In this document: piece by piece, positions 40,016-51,504 of the stretch
Numbering within the stretch: position 1 is the stretch's first letter
Layout: each line of letters starts with the position of its first letter
Assembly: GCF_030013595.1 (NCBI RefSeq)
Contig: NZ_CP122768.1
Source: Escherichia coli
GTDB taxonomy: Bacteria > Pseudomonadota > Gammaproteobacteria > Enterobacterales > Enterobacteriaceae
Direction: 5' to 3' (one strand)
DNA: 64,000 nucleotides
Notes under the pieces: generated by a model
The model's database searches: none
Told to the model about the DNA's origin: nothing
What the model saw: the letters and a program-made list of their open reading frames with translations, nothing else
Program-made: the position numbers and the translations under genes

Positions 40016-41551
40016 ATGGCTACATCAGTACAGACAGGTAAAGCTAAGCAGCTCACATTACTCGGATTCTTTGCCATAACGGCATCGATGGTAATGGCTG
40101 TTTATGAATACCCTACCTTCGCAACATCGGGCTTTTCATTAGTCTTCTTCCTGCTATTAGGCGGGATTTTATGGTTTATTCCCGTGGGACTTTGTGCTGC
40201 GGAAATGGCCACCGTCGACGGCTGGGAAGAAGGTGGTGTCTTCGCCTGGGTATCAAATACTCTGGGGCCGAGATGGGGATTTGCAGCGATCTCATTTGGC
40301 TATCTGCAAATCGCCATTGGTTTTATTCCGATGCTCTATTTCGTGTTAGGGGCACTCTCCTACATCCTGAAATGGCCAGCGCTGAATGAAGACCCCATTA
40401 CCAAAACTATTGCAGCACTCATCATTCTTTGGGCGCTGGCATTAACGCAGTTTGGTGGCACGAAATACACGGCGCGAATTGCTAAAGTTGGCTTCTTCGC
40501 CGGTATCCTGTTACCTGCATTTATTTTGATCGCATTAGCGGCTATTTATTTGCACTCCGGTGCCCCCGTTGCTATCGAAATGGATGCGAAGACCTTCTTC
40601 CCTGACTTCTCTAAAGTGGGCACCCTGGTTGTATTTGTTGCCTTCATTTTGAGTTATATGGGGGTAGAAGCATCTGCAACCCACGTCAATGAAATGAGCA
40701 ACCCAGGGCGCGACTATCCGTTGGCTATGTTATTGCTGATGGTGGCGGCAATCTGCTTAAGCTCTGTTGGCGGTTTGTCTATTGCGATGGTCATTCCGGG
40801 TAATGAAATCAACCTCTCCGCAGGGGTAATGCAAACCTTTACCGTTCTGATGTCCCATGTGGCACCGGAAATTGAGTGGACGGTTCGCGTGATCTCCGCA
40901 CTGCTGTTGCTGGGTGTTCTGGCGGAAATCGCCTCCTGGATTGTTGGTCCTTCTCGCGGGATGTATGTCACAGCGCAGAAAAACCTGCTGCCAGCGGCAT
41001 TCGCTAAAATGAACAAAAATGGCGTACCGGTAACGCTGGTCATTTCGCAGCTGGTGATTACTTCTATCGCGTTGATCATCCTCACCAATACCGGTGGCGG
41101 TAACAACATGTCCTTCCTGATCGCACTGGCGCTGACGGTGGTGATTTATCTGTGTGCTTATTTCATGCTGTTTATTGGCTACATTGTGTTGGTTCTTAAA
41201 CATCCTGACTTAAAACGCACATTTAATATCCCTGGTGGTAAAGGGGTGAAACTGGTCGTGGCTGTTGTCGGTCTGCTGACTTCAATTATGGCGTTTATTG
41301 TTTCCTTCCTGCCGCCGGATAACATCCAGGGTGACTCTACCGATATGTATGTTGAATTACTGGTCGTTAGTTTCCTGGTGGTACTTGCCCTGCCCTTTAT
41401 TCTCTATGCTGTTCATGATCGTAAAGGCAAAGGGAATACCGGCGTCACTCTGGAGCCAATCAACAGTCAGAACGCACCAAAAGGTCACTTCTTCCTGCAC
41501 CCGCGTGCACGTTCACCACACTATATTGTGATGAATGACAAGAAACACTAA
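40016..41551 (+). CDS. gadC: Glutamate:GABA antiporter
   Basis: 511 aa; multi-TM APC-family transporter; K-12 synteny. Confidence 0.95.
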   Translation: MATSVQTGKAKQLTLLGFFAITASMVMAVYEYPTFATSGFSLVFFLLLGGILWFIPVGLCAAEMATVDGWEEGGVFAWVSNTLGPRWGFAAISFGYLQIAIGFIPMLYFVLGALSYILKWPALNEDPITKTIAALIILWALALTQFGGTKYTARIAKVGFFAGILLPAFILIALAAIYLHSGAPVAIEMDAKTFFPDFSKVGTLVVFVAFILSYMGVEASATHVNEMSNPGRDYPLAMLLLMVAAICLSSVGGLSIAMVIPGNEINLSAGVMQTFTVLMSHVAPEIEWTVRVISALLLLGVLAEIASWIVGPSRGMYVTAQKNLLPAAFAKMNKNGVPVTLVISQLVITSIALIILTNTGGGNNMSFLIALALTVVIYLCAYFMLFIGYIVLVLKHPDLKRTFNIPGGKGVKLVVAVVGLLTSIMAFIVSFLPPDNIQGDSTDMYVELLVVSFLVVLALPFILYAVHDRKGKGNTGVTLEPINSQNAPKGHFFLHPRARSPHYIVMNDKKH

Positions 41552-41575
41552 CCATGTCTGAATGGTTATAAGATA

Positions 41576-41606
41576 AGGGAGCGATAATTCATCGCTCCCT
41601 TTTTCG
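41576..41606 (+). terminator. Rho-independent terminator after gadC
   Basis: AGGGAGCGAT-aattc-ATCGCTCCCT followed by TTTTTCG. Confidence 0.7.
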
Positions 41607-41681
41607 TGCTTGCTGTCGTATTGACTTAACCGGGATAAGTACGAGAATGAGCGCACATCTGTTTACCGGAAACCAGCACAT

Positions 41682-43001
41682 ATGGATATCTGCTCCCGAA
41701 ACGAGAAATTAGCGATTAGAAGACCAGCGATACTGGTTGCACTGGCACTTTTACTGTGTAGTTGTAAAAACACGCCTCCAGAGTCCATGGTGACACCACC
41801 AGCGGGTTCAAAGCCACCAGCCACGACGCAACAATCGTCACAACCGATGCGTGGCATCTGGCTGGCCACGGTGTCTCGCCTCGACTGGCCACCGGTTTCC
41901 TCGGTTAACATTAGTAACCCCACCAGCCGGGCCCGTGTACAACAACAGGCGATGATCGACAAACTGGATCATCTGCAACGTCTCGGCATAAACACGGTCT
42001 TTTTCCAGGTCAAGCCGGACGGTACCGCCCTGTGGCCATCAAAAATTTTGCCGTGGTCCGATCTTATGACCGGAAAGATTGGTGAAAATCCAGGTTACGA
42101 TCCGCTGCAATTTATGCTCGACGAAGCCCACAAGCGTGGGATGAAAGTACACGCCTGGTTTAACCCCTATCGTGTATCGGTTAATACGAAGCCCGGTACT
42201 ATCAGGGAACTGAATAGCACCCTGTCTCAACAACCAGCGAGCGTCTATGTGCAACACCGCGACTGGATCAGAACGTCCGGCGATCGCTTTGTCCTCGACC
42301 CGGGCATCCCTGAAGTTCAGGACTGGATCACATCAATAGTCGCGGAAGTGGTTTCCCGCTATCCGGTAGATGGCGTGCAGTTTGACGACTATTTCTATAC
42401 TGAGTCACCAGGTTCACGGCTAAATGATAACGAAACGTACCGCAAATACGGAGGCGCATTTGCGTCAAAAGCAGACTGGCGGCGCAACAATACTCAGCAG
42501 TTAATTGCGAAGGTATCGCACACCATTAAAAGCATTAAGCCGGAAGTCGAATTTGGCGTTAGCCCGGCAGGCGTGTGGCGTAACCGATCACACGATCCGC
42601 TCGGTTCCGATACCCGAGGCGCGGCAGCCTATGACGAATCCTACGCTGACACCCGTCGATGGGTGGAACAAGGATTGCTGGATTACATTGCTCCCCAAAT
42701 TTACTGGCCGTTCTCACGGAGTGCCGCACGTTATGACGTTTTGGCAAAATGGTGGGCGGATGTCGTTAAACCGACCAGGACCCGCCTGTATATCGGTATC
42801 GCCTTCTATAAAGTGGGTGAACCTTCAAAGATAGAGCCAGACTGGATGATTAACGGCGGCGTACCGGAACTGAAAAAGCAGCTCGATCTTAACGATGCTG
42901 TACCCGAAATTAGCGGCACCATCTTGTTCCGTGAGGACTATCTGAATAAACCGCAGACTCAACAAGCGGTCAGCTATCTGCAAAGTCGTTGGGGCAGTTA
43001 A
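41682..43001 (+). CDS. yddW: Glycoside-hydrolase-family lipoprotein YddW (DigH)
   Basis: 439 aa; lipobox-like LLLCSC; K-12 synteny. Confidence 0.9.
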   Translation: MDICSRNEKLAIRRPAILVALALLLCSCKNTPPESMVTPPAGSKPPATTQQSSQPMRGIWLATVSRLDWPPVSSVNISNPTSRARVQQQAMIDKLDHLQRLGINTVFFQVKPDGTALWPSKILPWSDLMTGKIGENPGYDPLQFMLDEAHKRGMKVHAWFNPYRVSVNTKPGTIRELNSTLSQQPASVYVQHRDWIRTSGDRFVLDPGIPEVQDWITSIVAEVVSRYPVDGVQFDDYFYTESPGSRLNDNETYRKYGGAFASKADWRRNNTQQLIAKVSHTIKSIKPEVEFGVSPAGVWRNRSHDPLGSDTRGAAAYDESYADTRRWVEQGLLDYIAPQIYWPFSRSAARYDVLAKWWADVVKPTRTRLYIGIAFYKVGEPSKIEPDWMINGGVPELKKQLDLNDAVPEISGTILFREDYLNKPQTQQAVSYLQSRWGS

Positions 43002-43377
43002 ATTCCCATTCTTACTTTGTAACAAGCCGGTGCTTTACCCACTGGCTTGTTACCCTCGTGAAATATCCCACTAGCAATCATGCTTACATAAGTCAAATTA
43101 ACCACACAATTAACCACACTTAGTTAAACAGCCATAATTCCCCTAATAAAAATGTATGAATATGAAAAAACATACGATATTCGCTGTCACCGAAAAATAA
43201 TTACGATGGGCTATACTCTTCTGAAGAACAGTAGCGTAGATTGAAACTGTCCTAAGTCGCTTATTTGTTTTCAGTATATCTTCATATTTCAGGAGAATAT
43301 GGTGCAGTTAGTCGATCTCGCACGTTGCGTTTCGTTTTGATTCCGTCTGCTTTTCCAGCCTTATAAGGGTGTGAATT

Positions 43378-44760
43378 ATGGAGATGTATTTTAAAAGAAT
43401 GAAAGATGAGTGGACCGGGCTTGTCGAACAAGCAGATCCGCTCATTCGTGCTAAAGCCGCGGAAATTGCCGTTGCGCATGCCCATTATCTGAGTATTGAG
43501 TTTTACCGAATTGTCCGTATCGACCCGCATGCCGAAGAATTCTTGAGTAATGAACAAGTTGAGCGGCAGTTGAAAAGTGCGATGGAACGCTGGATTATTA
43601 ACGTGCTTTCTGCCCAGGTTGACGATGTCGAAAGGCTAATACAAATCCAGCATACCGTTGCGGAAGTGCATGCCCGCATAGGAATCCCGGTAGAAATTGT
43701 CGAGATGGGGTTTCGGGTGCTGAAAAAAATCCTCTATCCAGTCATCTTCTCTTCGGATTATTCCGCCGCAGAAAAACTTCAGGTCTACCATTTCTCTATT
43801 AACAGTATTGATATCGCGATGGAAGTGATGACCCGCGCGTTTACCTTTAGTGACAGTAGTGCCTCAAAGGAAGATGAAAACTATCGTATCTTCTCGTTAC
43901 TGGAAAACGCCGAAGAAGAAAAAGAACGGCAAATAGCCTCAATACTTTCATGGGAAATAGATATTATCTATAAAGTCCTGCTGGATTCTGATTTAGGCAG
44001 TAGTTTGCCTTTAAGCCAGGCTGATTTTGGCCTGTGGTTTAACCATAAAGGTCGACATTATTTTAGCGGCATAGCCGAAGTGGGCCATATCTCCCGTTTG
44101 ATTCAGGATTTCGACGGTATTTTCAATCAAACCATGCGTAACACCAGGAATTTGAATAACAGAAGTCTGCGGGTGAAATTTTTATTACAGATAAGAAATA
44201 CCGTATCGCAAATTATTACCTTGCTGCGTGAATTGTTTGAAGAAGTATCGCGCCACGAAGTCGGTATGGATGTACTGACGAAATTACTTAACCGCCGTTT
44301 CCTGCCGACTATCTTCAAACGCGAAATTGCCCATGCCAACCGGACCGGTACATCGCTGTCAGTGCTGATTATTGACGTTGATAAATTCAAAGAGATCAAC
44401 GATACGTGGGGCCATAACACTGGCGATGAAATTCTGCGTAAAGTCTCTCAGGCCTTTTATGACAACGTCCGCAGTAGTGATTATGTTTTCCGCTACGGGG
44501 GCGATGAATTTATCATTGTTTTGACTGAAGCTTCGGAAAACGAAACGTTACGTACCGCAGAACGTATTCGCAGTCGGGTGGAGAAAACCAAACTGAAAGC
44601 CGCAAACGGCGAAGATATTGCCCTCTCACTTTCCATCGGTGCCGCCATGTTTAATGGTCATCCTGACTATGAGCGCCTCATTCAAATAGCCGATGAAGCT
44701 CTGTATATCGCCAAAAGACGAGGTAGAAACCGTGTTGAACTCTGGAAAGCCAGTCTTTAG
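43378..44760 (+). CDS. dosC: Globin-coupled diguanylate cyclase DosC
   Basis: 460 aa; C-terminal GGDEF domain (RYGGDEF); K-12 synteny. Confidence 0.95.
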   Translation: MEMYFKRMKDEWTGLVEQADPLIRAKAAEIAVAHAHYLSIEFYRIVRIDPHAEEFLSNEQVERQLKSAMERWIINVLSAQVDDVERLIQIQHTVAEVHARIGIPVEIVEMGFRVLKKILYPVIFSSDYSAAEKLQVYHFSINSIDIAMEVMTRAFTFSDSSASKEDENYRIFSLLENAEEEKERQIASILSWEIDIIYKVLLDSDLGSSLPLSQADFGLWFNHKGRHYFSGIAEVGHISRLIQDFDGIFNQTMRNTRNLNNRSLRVKFLLQIRNTVSQIITLLRELFEEVSRHEVGMDVLTKLLNRRFLPTIFKREIAHANRTGTSLSVLIIDVDKFKEINDTWGHNTGDEILRKVSQAFYDNVRSSDYVFRYGGDEFIIVLTEASENETLRTAERIRSRVEKTKLKAANGEDIALSLSIGAAMFNGHPDYERLIQIADEALYIAKRRGRNRVELWKASL

Positions 44761-44784
44761 ATGCGCCAGGATGCAGAGGTAATC

Positions 44785-47184
44785 ATGAAGCTAACCGATG
44801 CGGATAATGCCGCCGATGGCATTTTTTTCCCCGCCCTTGAGCAAAATATGATGGGCGCGGTGTTAATTAACGAAAATGATGAAGTGATGTTTTTCAACCC
44901 CGCCGCAGAGAAGCTCTGGGGGTACAAACGTGAAGAAGTCATTGGCAATAACATTGATATGCTGATTCCGCGGGATTTGCGTCCTGCGCATCCTGAATAC
45001 ATTCGTCATAACCGTGAAGGCGGTAAAGCGCGCGTCGAGGGGATGAGTCGGGAGCTGCAGCTGGAGAAAAAAGACGGCAGTAAAATCTGGACCCGTTTTG
45101 CGCTATCGAAAGTGAGCGCCGAGGGGAAAGTTTATTACCTGGCGCTGGTACGGGATGCCAGCGTAGAAATGGCGCAAAAAGAACAGACCCGACAATTGAT
45201 TATTGCCGTTGACCATCTCGACCGACCAGTGATTGTCCTCGATCCGGAACGCCATATTGTGCAGTGCAATCGTGCATTTACCGAAATGTTTGGTTACTGC
45301 ATTAGCGAAGCCAGCGGTATGCAGCCCGATACACTCCTGAACATTCCAGAATTCCCTGCCGATAACCGCATTCGTTTACAACAGTTGCTTTGGAAAACCG
45401 CCCGCGATCAGGACGAATTTCTGCTATTGACGCGCACCGGTGAAAAAATCTGGATTAAAGCCTCTATCAGCCCGGTTTATGACGTGCTCGCGCATCTGCA
45501 GAACCTGGTAATGACTTTCTCGGATATCACCGAAGAACGGCAAATCCGCCAGCTTGAAGGCAATATTCTCGCCGCCATGTGCAGCAGCCCGCCATTTCAT
45601 GAAATGGGGGAAATCATTTGTCGTAACATCGAATCTGTACTCAACGAATCGCATGTTTCGCTGTTCGCGCTGCGCAACGGGATGCCGATACACTGGGCGT
45701 CATCTTCGCACGGTACAGAAGTTCAAAATGCGCAAAGCTGGTCAGCGACCATTCGTCAGCGTGATGGCGCGCCGGCGGGGATCCTGCAAATTAAAACCTC
45801 GTCAGGAGCAGAAACCAGCGCCTTTATCGAACGCGTGGCAGATATCAGCCAGCATATGGCCGCGCTGGCGCTGGAACAGGAAAAAAGCCGTCAGCATATT
45901 GAACAACTCATCCAATTTGATCCGATGACCGGTCTGCCAAATCGCAATAACCTGCACAATTACCTCGATGACCTGGTCGACAAAGCCGTCTCTCCGGTGG
46001 TCTATCTCATCGGTGTTGACCATATTCAGGATGTGATTGATAGCCTTGGCTATGCGTGGGCCGATCAGGCATTGCTGGAAGTGGTCAATCGCTTTCGTGA
46101 AAAACTCAAACCGGATCAGTATCTCTGTCGTATCGAAGGTACGCAGTTTGTCCTCGTGAGCCTCGAAAACGACGTCAGTAACATTACCCAGATCGCCGAT
46201 GAGCTACGGAATGTGGTCAGCAAGCCGATAATGATTGACGATAAACCATTCCCGCTTACCTTGAGTATTGGCATCAGCTACGACGTGGGTAAAAACCGCG
46301 ATTACCTGCTCTCCACTGCTCACAATGCAATGGATTATATTCGCAAAAATGGCGGTAACGGCTGGCAGTTCTTCAGCCCGGCGATGAACGAAATGGTAAA
46401 AGAGCGTTTGGTTTTAGGCGCGGCGCTGAAAGAAGCAATTAGCAATAACCAACTGAAACTGGTTTACCAGCCACAAATCTTCGCAGAAACGGGTGAACTG
46501 TACGGCATCGAAGCCCTTGCTCGCTGGCACGATCCCCTGCATGGTCATGTGCCCCCTTCACGGTTTATTCCTCTCGCAGAAGAGATCGGTGAAATCGAAA
46601 ATATTGGACGCTGGGTCATCGCGGAAGCTTGCCGTCAGTTAGCAGAATGGCGTAGCCAGAATATTCATATCCCGGCGTTATCCGTTAACTTGTCGGCGTT
46701 GCACTTTCGCAGTAATCAGCTGCCTAATCAGGTGTCTGATGCAATGCACGCCTGGGGTATTGACGGCCACCAGCTGACGGTGGAAATCACGGAAAGCATG
46801 ATGATGGAACACGATACCGAAATCTTTAAGCGCATTCAGATCCTGCGCGATATGGGCGTGGGTTTATCGGTAGATGATTTTGGCACGGGCTTTTCCGGAT
46901 TATCCCGCTTAGTCAGTCTTCCGGTAACGGAAATCAAAATTGACAAAAGTTTTGTCGATCGTTGTCTGACCGAAAAACGCATCCTTGCCTTACTTGAAGC
47001 CATTACCAGCATTGGGCAAAGCCTTAATTTAACCGTCGTGGCGGAAGGCGTCGAAACCAAAGAGCAATTTGAGATGCTACGCAAGATCCACTGTCGCGTT
47101 ATTCAGGGATATTTCTTTTCCCGCCCCCTGCCCGCCGAAGAAATTCCAGGCTGGATGAGCAGTGTGTTACCGCTGAAAATCTGA
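44785..47184 (+). CDS. dosP: Haem-PAS c-di-GMP phosphodiesterase DosP
   Basis: 799 aa from MKLTDADNAADG; PAS domains, degenerate GGDEF and EAL domain. ORF track extends 24 nt upstream. Confidence 0.95.
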   Translation: MKLTDADNAADGIFFPALEQNMMGAVLINENDEVMFFNPAAEKLWGYKREEVIGNNIDMLIPRDLRPAHPEYIRHNREGGKARVEGMSRELQLEKKDGSKIWTRFALSKVSAEGKVYYLALVRDASVEMAQKEQTRQLIIAVDHLDRPVIVLDPERHIVQCNRAFTEMFGYCISEASGMQPDTLLNIPEFPADNRIRLQQLLWKTARDQDEFLLLTRTGEKIWIKASISPVYDVLAHLQNLVMTFSDITEERQIRQLEGNILAAMCSSPPFHEMGEIICRNIESVLNESHVSLFALRNGMPIHWASSSHGTEVQNAQSWSATIRQRDGAPAGILQIKTSSGAETSAFIERVADISQHMAALALEQEKSRQHIEQLIQFDPMTGLPNRNNLHNYLDDLVDKAVSPVVYLIGVDHIQDVIDSLGYAWADQALLEVVNRFREKLKPDQYLCRIEGTQFVLVSLENDVSNITQIADELRNVVSKPIMIDDKPFPLTLSIGISYDVGKNRDYLLSTAHNAMDYIRKNGGNGWQFFSPAMNEMVKERLVLGAALKEAISNNQLKLVYQPQIFAETGELYGIEALARWHDPLHGHVPPSRFIPLAEEIGEIENIGRWVIAEACRQLAEWRSQNIHIPALSVNLSALHFRSNQLPNQVSDAMHAWGIDGHQLTVEITESMMMEHDTEIFKRIQILRDMGVGLSVDDFGTGFSGLSRLVSLPVTEIKIDKSFVDRCLTEKRILALLEAITSIGQSLNLTVVAEGVETKEQFEMLRKIHCRVIQGYFFSRPLPAEEIPGWMSSVLPLKI

Positions 47185-47197
47185 CAAATTCCTCTCG

Positions 47198-47217
47198 CCC
47201 GCACTCGCGGGTTTTCA
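47198..47217 (+). terminator. Candidate terminator after dosP
   Basis: CCCGC-actc-GCGGG short stem followed by TTTTCATTT. Confidence 0.4.
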
Positions 47218-47441
47218 TTTAACGTGACACTGTCACTTAAATACTGTGATTTCAGCTACGATTCCGGGAGATTCCTTCCTTAACTTCCCCTCTTGCACCA
47301 AAACTGCACTACGCTGCACAAATGTTGATCAAAAGTTAAAAAATATAACTTTAAGCCAGCATTCTGGCGCTTATCCCGGCATGGCATGAGATCTGCATAA
47401 GCGGAAAGCGCAGCAATTTTTGTCTTATACAGGAACTGTTT

Positions 47442-48023
47442 ATGTCGGATACCACCGAACTGGTTGATTTAGCCGTGATCTTCCCTGATCTGGAGATCGA
47501 ACTGAAATACGCCTGCGCTGATAACATCACAGGTAAAGCTATTTATCAGCAAGCGCGTTGTCTGTTACACAAGGATGCGATTACCGCGCTGGCGAAAAGT
47601 ATCAGTATCGCCCAGCTGTCAGGCTTACAACTGGTGATTTACGATGCGTATCGCCCACAACAAGCACAGGCGATGTTGTGGCAAGCCTGCCCAGACCCGC
47701 AATATGTTGTTGATGTGGCGGTCGGTTCTAATCACAGCCGTGGCACGGCGATCGACCTGACGCTTCGTGATGAGCACGGGAACATCCTGGATATGGGCGC
47801 AGAGTTCGATGAAATGCACGAACGTTCCCATGCATATCACCCTTCCGTTCCACCCGCCGCTCAGCGCAATCGGCTGTTGCTGAATGCGATTATGACTGGT
47901 GGCGGTTTTGTCGGTATCTCCAGCGAATGGTGGCACTTCGAATTACCCCAGGCAGCGAGTTACCCACTGCTCGCTGATCAATTCACCTGTTTTATATCCC
48001 CAGGCACACAGCACGCCAGTTAA
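47442..48023 (+). CDS. ddpX: D-Ala-D-Ala dipeptidase
   Basis: 193 aa; VanX-like zinc dipeptidase (SxHxxGxAxD pattern in …SNHSRGTAIDL…). Confidence 0.95.
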   Translation: MSDTTELVDLAVIFPDLEIELKYACADNITGKAIYQQARCLLHKDAITALAKSISIAQLSGLQLVIYDAYRPQQAQAMLWQACPDPQYVVDVAVGSNHSRGTAIDLTLRDEHGNILDMGAEFDEMHERSHAYHPSVPPAAQRNRLLLNAIMTGGGFVGISSEWWHFELPQAASYPLLADQFTCFISPGTQHAS

Positions 48024-48036
48024 TCAGGAAACTGCC

Positions 48037-49587
48037 ATGAAGAGATCGATACCGTTTCGTCCTACATTGCTCGCGATCGTCCTTGCCACAACAATGCCGG
48101 TTGCGCACGCCGCCGTACCAAAAGATATGCTGGTGATTGGTAAGGCCGCCGATCCACAAACCCTCGACCCAGCGGTGACAATTGATAATAACGACTGGAC
48201 AGTGACCTACCCGTCTTATCAGCGACTGGTTCAGTACAAAACGGACGGTGATAAAGGCTCAACCGACGTTGAAGGCGATCTGGCGAGTAGCTGGAAAGCG
48301 TCTGACGATCAAAAAGAGTGGACGTTCACCCTGAAGGACAATGCTAAATTTGCCGATGGCACACCTGTCACTGCCGAAGCAGTAAAACTCTCTTTTGAGC
48401 GGTTACTAAAAATCGGCCAGGGGCCAGCAGAAGCATTTCCCAAAGATTTAAAGATTGATGCTCCCGACGAACATACAGTGAGGTTTACCCTTAGCCAGCC
48501 ATTCGCACCGTTCCTCTACACGCTGGCGAATGACGGTGCATCCATTATCAATCCGGCGGTCTTAAAGGAGCATGCGGCGGATGATGCCCGTGGTTTCCTC
48601 GCGCAAAATACCGCTGGCTCCGGACCGTTTATGCTGAAAAGCTGGCAAAAAGGTCAGCAATTAGTTCTGGTGCCAAATCCGCATTACCCCGGCAATAAAC
48701 CGAATTTCAAACGGGTATCGGTAAAAATTATCGGTGAAAGTGCCTCCCGTCGCCTGCAGCTCTCCCGTGGCGACATTGACATTGCCGATGCGCTGCCGGT
48801 GGATCAACTCAACGCACTGAAGCAGGAAAACAAAGTCAATGTGGCAGAGTATCCGTCACTGCGCGTCACCTATCTGTATCTGAATAACAGCAAAGCGCCA
48901 CTTAATCAGGCGGATTTGCGTCGGGCCATTTCCTGGTCTACCGATTATCAGGGCATGGTTAACGGCATTCTGAGTGGTAACGGAAAACAGATGCGCGGCC
49001 CGATTCCGGAAGGCATGTGGGGATACGATGCGACGGCAATGCAATACAACCATGACGAAACGAAAGCCAAAGCCGAATGGGATAAAGTGACGAGCAAACC
49101 CACCAGCCTGACGTTTCTCTATTCTGATAATGATCCGAACTGGGAGCCTATTGCTCTGGCGACACAATCCAGTCTCAACAAGCTGGGCATCAATGTGAAG
49201 CTGGAAAAGCTGGCGAACGCCACCATGCGCGACAGAGTGGGTAAAGGTGATTACGACATCGCGATTGGCAACTGGAGTCCGGATTTTGCCGACCCGTATA
49301 TGTTTATGAATTACTGGTTTGAGTCAGACAAAAAAGGTCTGCCGGGTAACCGCTCGTTCTATGAAAACAGTGAGGTCGATAAGCTACTGCGCAATGCGCT
49401 AGCGACCACCGACCAGACGCAGCGTACCCGGGACTACCAGCAGGCACAGAAAATCGTCATTGATGACGCTGCTTATGTGTACCTGTTCCAGAAAAACTAC
49501 CAACTGGCGATGAACAAAGAGGTGAAAGGCTTTGTGTTCAATCCCATGCTGGAACAGGTCTTCAATATCAATACCATGAGTAAATAA
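48037..49587 (+). CDS. ddpA: D-Ala-D-Ala ABC transporter periplasmic binding protein
   Basis: 516 aa from MKRSIPFRP with signal peptide; family-5 SBP; ORF track extends upstream. Confidence 0.9.
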   Translation: MKRSIPFRPTLLAIVLATTMPVAHAAVPKDMLVIGKAADPQTLDPAVTIDNNDWTVTYPSYQRLVQYKTDGDKGSTDVEGDLASSWKASDDQKEWTFTLKDNAKFADGTPVTAEAVKLSFERLLKIGQGPAEAFPKDLKIDAPDEHTVRFTLSQPFAPFLYTLANDGASIINPAVLKEHAADDARGFLAQNTAGSGPFMLKSWQKGQQLVLVPNPHYPGNKPNFKRVSVKIIGESASRRLQLSRGDIDIADALPVDQLNALKQENKVNVAEYPSLRVTYLYLNNSKAPLNQADLRRAISWSTDYQGMVNGILSGNGKQMRGPIPEGMWGYDATAMQYNHDETKAKAEWDKVTSKPTSLTFLYSDNDPNWEPIALATQSSLNKLGINVKLEKLANATMRDRVGKGDYDIAIGNWSPDFADPYMFMNYWFESDKKGLPGNRSFYENSEVDKLLRNALATTDQTQRTRDYQQAQKIVIDDAAYVYLFQKNYQLAMNKEVKGFVFNPMLEQVFNINTMSK

Positions 49588-49588
49588 C

Positions 49589-50611
49589 GTGACCTTCTGG
49601 AGCATTTTACGCCAACGCTGCTGGGGGCTGGTGCTCGTGGTGGCGGGCGTCTGCGTGATTACGTTTATTATCTCGCACCTGATCCCCGGCGATCCGGCGC
49701 GGTTACTGGCGGGTGACCGCGCCAGCGATGCTATCGTGGATAATATTCGCCAGCAACTGGGACTGGACCAGCCACTGTATGTACAGTTTTACCGCTACGT
49801 CAGCGACCTGTTTCAGGGTGACCTGGGAACATCCATTCGTACCGGGCGTCCGGTGCTGGAAGAGTTGCGCATATTTTTCCCGGCGACGCTGGAACTGGCT
49901 TTTTGTGCCCTGCTGCTGGCACTCCTGATTGGCATCCCGCTGGGCATACTCTCTGCAGTCTGGCGAAATCGCTGGCTGGATCATCTGGTGCGAATAATGG
50001 CCATTACCGGAATCTCCACACCTGCGTTCTGGCTTGGGCTGGGCGTCATTGTGCTGTTTTATGGTCATCTGCAAATTCTTCCCGGCGGCGGAAGGCTTGA
50101 TGACTGGCTGGATCCACCAACGCACGTTACCGGCTTTTATCTGCTCGATGCGCTGCTTGAAGGTAACGGTGAAGTCTTCTTCAATGTGCTGCAACATCTC
50201 ATCTTACCGGCATTAACGCTGGCGTTCGTTCACCTGGGGATTGTCGCCCGCCAGATCCGCTCAGCGATGCTGGAACAATTGAGTGAAGATTACATTCGTA
50301 CCGCCCGGGCCAGCGGCTTGCCCGGCTGGTATATCGTTTTATGTTATGCGCTACCCAATGCGTTGATCCCCTCGATTACCGTATTGGGTCTGGCGCTGGG
50401 CGATTTGTTGTATGGCGCAGTGCTCACCGAAACCGTTTTTGCCTGGCCCGGAATGGGTGCATGGGTAGTAACATCAATACAGGCGCTCGACTTCCCGGCA
50501 GTGATGGGCTTTGCCGTCGTGGTTTCATTTGCTTATGTGCTGGTCAACCTGGTGGTGGATTTGCTCTATTTGTGGATTGATCCGCGTATCGGACGTGGAG
50601 GTGGTGAATGA
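49589..50611 (+). CDS. ddpB: D-Ala-D-Ala ABC transporter permease
   Basis: 340 aa; DppB-like permease; GTG start per ORF track. Confidence 0.9.
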   Translation: MTFWSILRQRCWGLVLVVAGVCVITFIISHLIPGDPARLLAGDRASDAIVDNIRQQLGLDQPLYVQFYRYVSDLFQGDLGTSIRTGRPVLEELRIFFPATLELAFCALLLALLIGIPLGILSAVWRNRWLDHLVRIMAITGISTPAFWLGLGVIVLFYGHLQILPGGGRLDDWLDPPTHVTGFYLLDALLEGNGEVFFNVLQHLILPALTLAFVHLGIVARQIRSAMLEQLSEDYIRTARASGLPGWYIVLCYALPNALIPSITVLGLALGDLLYGAVLTETVFAWPGMGAWVVTSIQALDFPAVMGFAVVVSFAYVLVNLVVDLLYLWIDPRIGRGGGE

Positions 50612-51504
50612 TGCTAAGCGAGGAAACGTCCGCCGTACGCCCACAAAAACAAACGCGATTTAACGGTGCAAAACTGGTATGGATGCTGAAAGGCAGTCCG
50701 CTCACCGTGACCGGCGCAGTCATCATTGTATTAATGCTACTGATGATGATTTTTTCACCGTGGCTGGCGACGCATGATCCCAACGCCATTGATTTAACCG
50801 CCCGCCTTTTGCCGCCTTCTGCGGCGCACTGGTTTGGCACCGATGAAGTGGGACGCGATCTGTTTAGCCGCGTACTGGTCGGCAGTCAGCAATCAATTCT
50901 CGCCGGATTAGTGGTGGTCGCCATTGCAGGTATGATGGGGTCGCTACTCGGGTGTCTATCCGGTGTGCTTGGCGGACGCGCAGACGCGATTATCATGCGC
51001 ATCATGGACATTATGCTGTCGATTCCTTCGCTGGTGCTGACAATGGCACTGGCAGCCGCTCTCGGGCCGAGTTTGTTTAACGCCATGCTGGCGATTGCTA
51101 TTGTGCGAATTCCCTTTTATGTGCGCCTGGCGCGGGGGCAAACATTAGTTGTTCGCCAGTACACTTACGTTCAGGCGGCGAAAACCTTTGGTGCGTCGCG
51201 TTGGCATCTGATCAACTGGCATATTTTACGTAACTCCCTGCCGCCGCTGATTGTGCAGGCATCGCTGGATATCGGTAGCGCGATTTTAATGGCCGCCACG
51301 TTGGGATTTATTGGCCTGGGTGCTCAACAACCGAGTGCTGAATGGGGGGCGATGGTGGCGAATGGTCGCAACTATGTGCTCGATCAATGGTGGTATTGCG
51401 CATTTCCGGGGGCAGCGATTTTGCTTACCGCCGTCGGGTTTAATCTCTTTGGCGATGGTATTCGCGATCTGCTTGACCCGAAAGCAGGAGGAAAGCAGTC
51501 ATGA
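50608..51504 (+). CDS. ddpC: D-Ala-D-Ala ABC transporter permease
   Basis: 298 aa; DppC-like permease; 4-nt overlap with ddpB. Confidence 0.9.
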   Translation: MMLSEETSAVRPQKQTRFNGAKLVWMLKGSPLTVTGAVIIVLMLLMMIFSPWLATHDPNAIDLTARLLPPSAAHWFGTDEVGRDLFSRVLVGSQQSILAGLVVVAIAGMMGSLLGCLSGVLGGRADAIIMRIMDIMLSIPSLVLTMALAAALGPSLFNAMLAIAIVRIPFYVRLARGQTLVVRQYTYVQAAKTFGASRWHLINWHILRNSLPPLIVQASLDIGSAILMAATLGFIGLGAQQPSAEWGAMVANGRNYVLDQWWYCAFPGAAILLTAVGFNLFGDGIRDLLDPKAGGKQS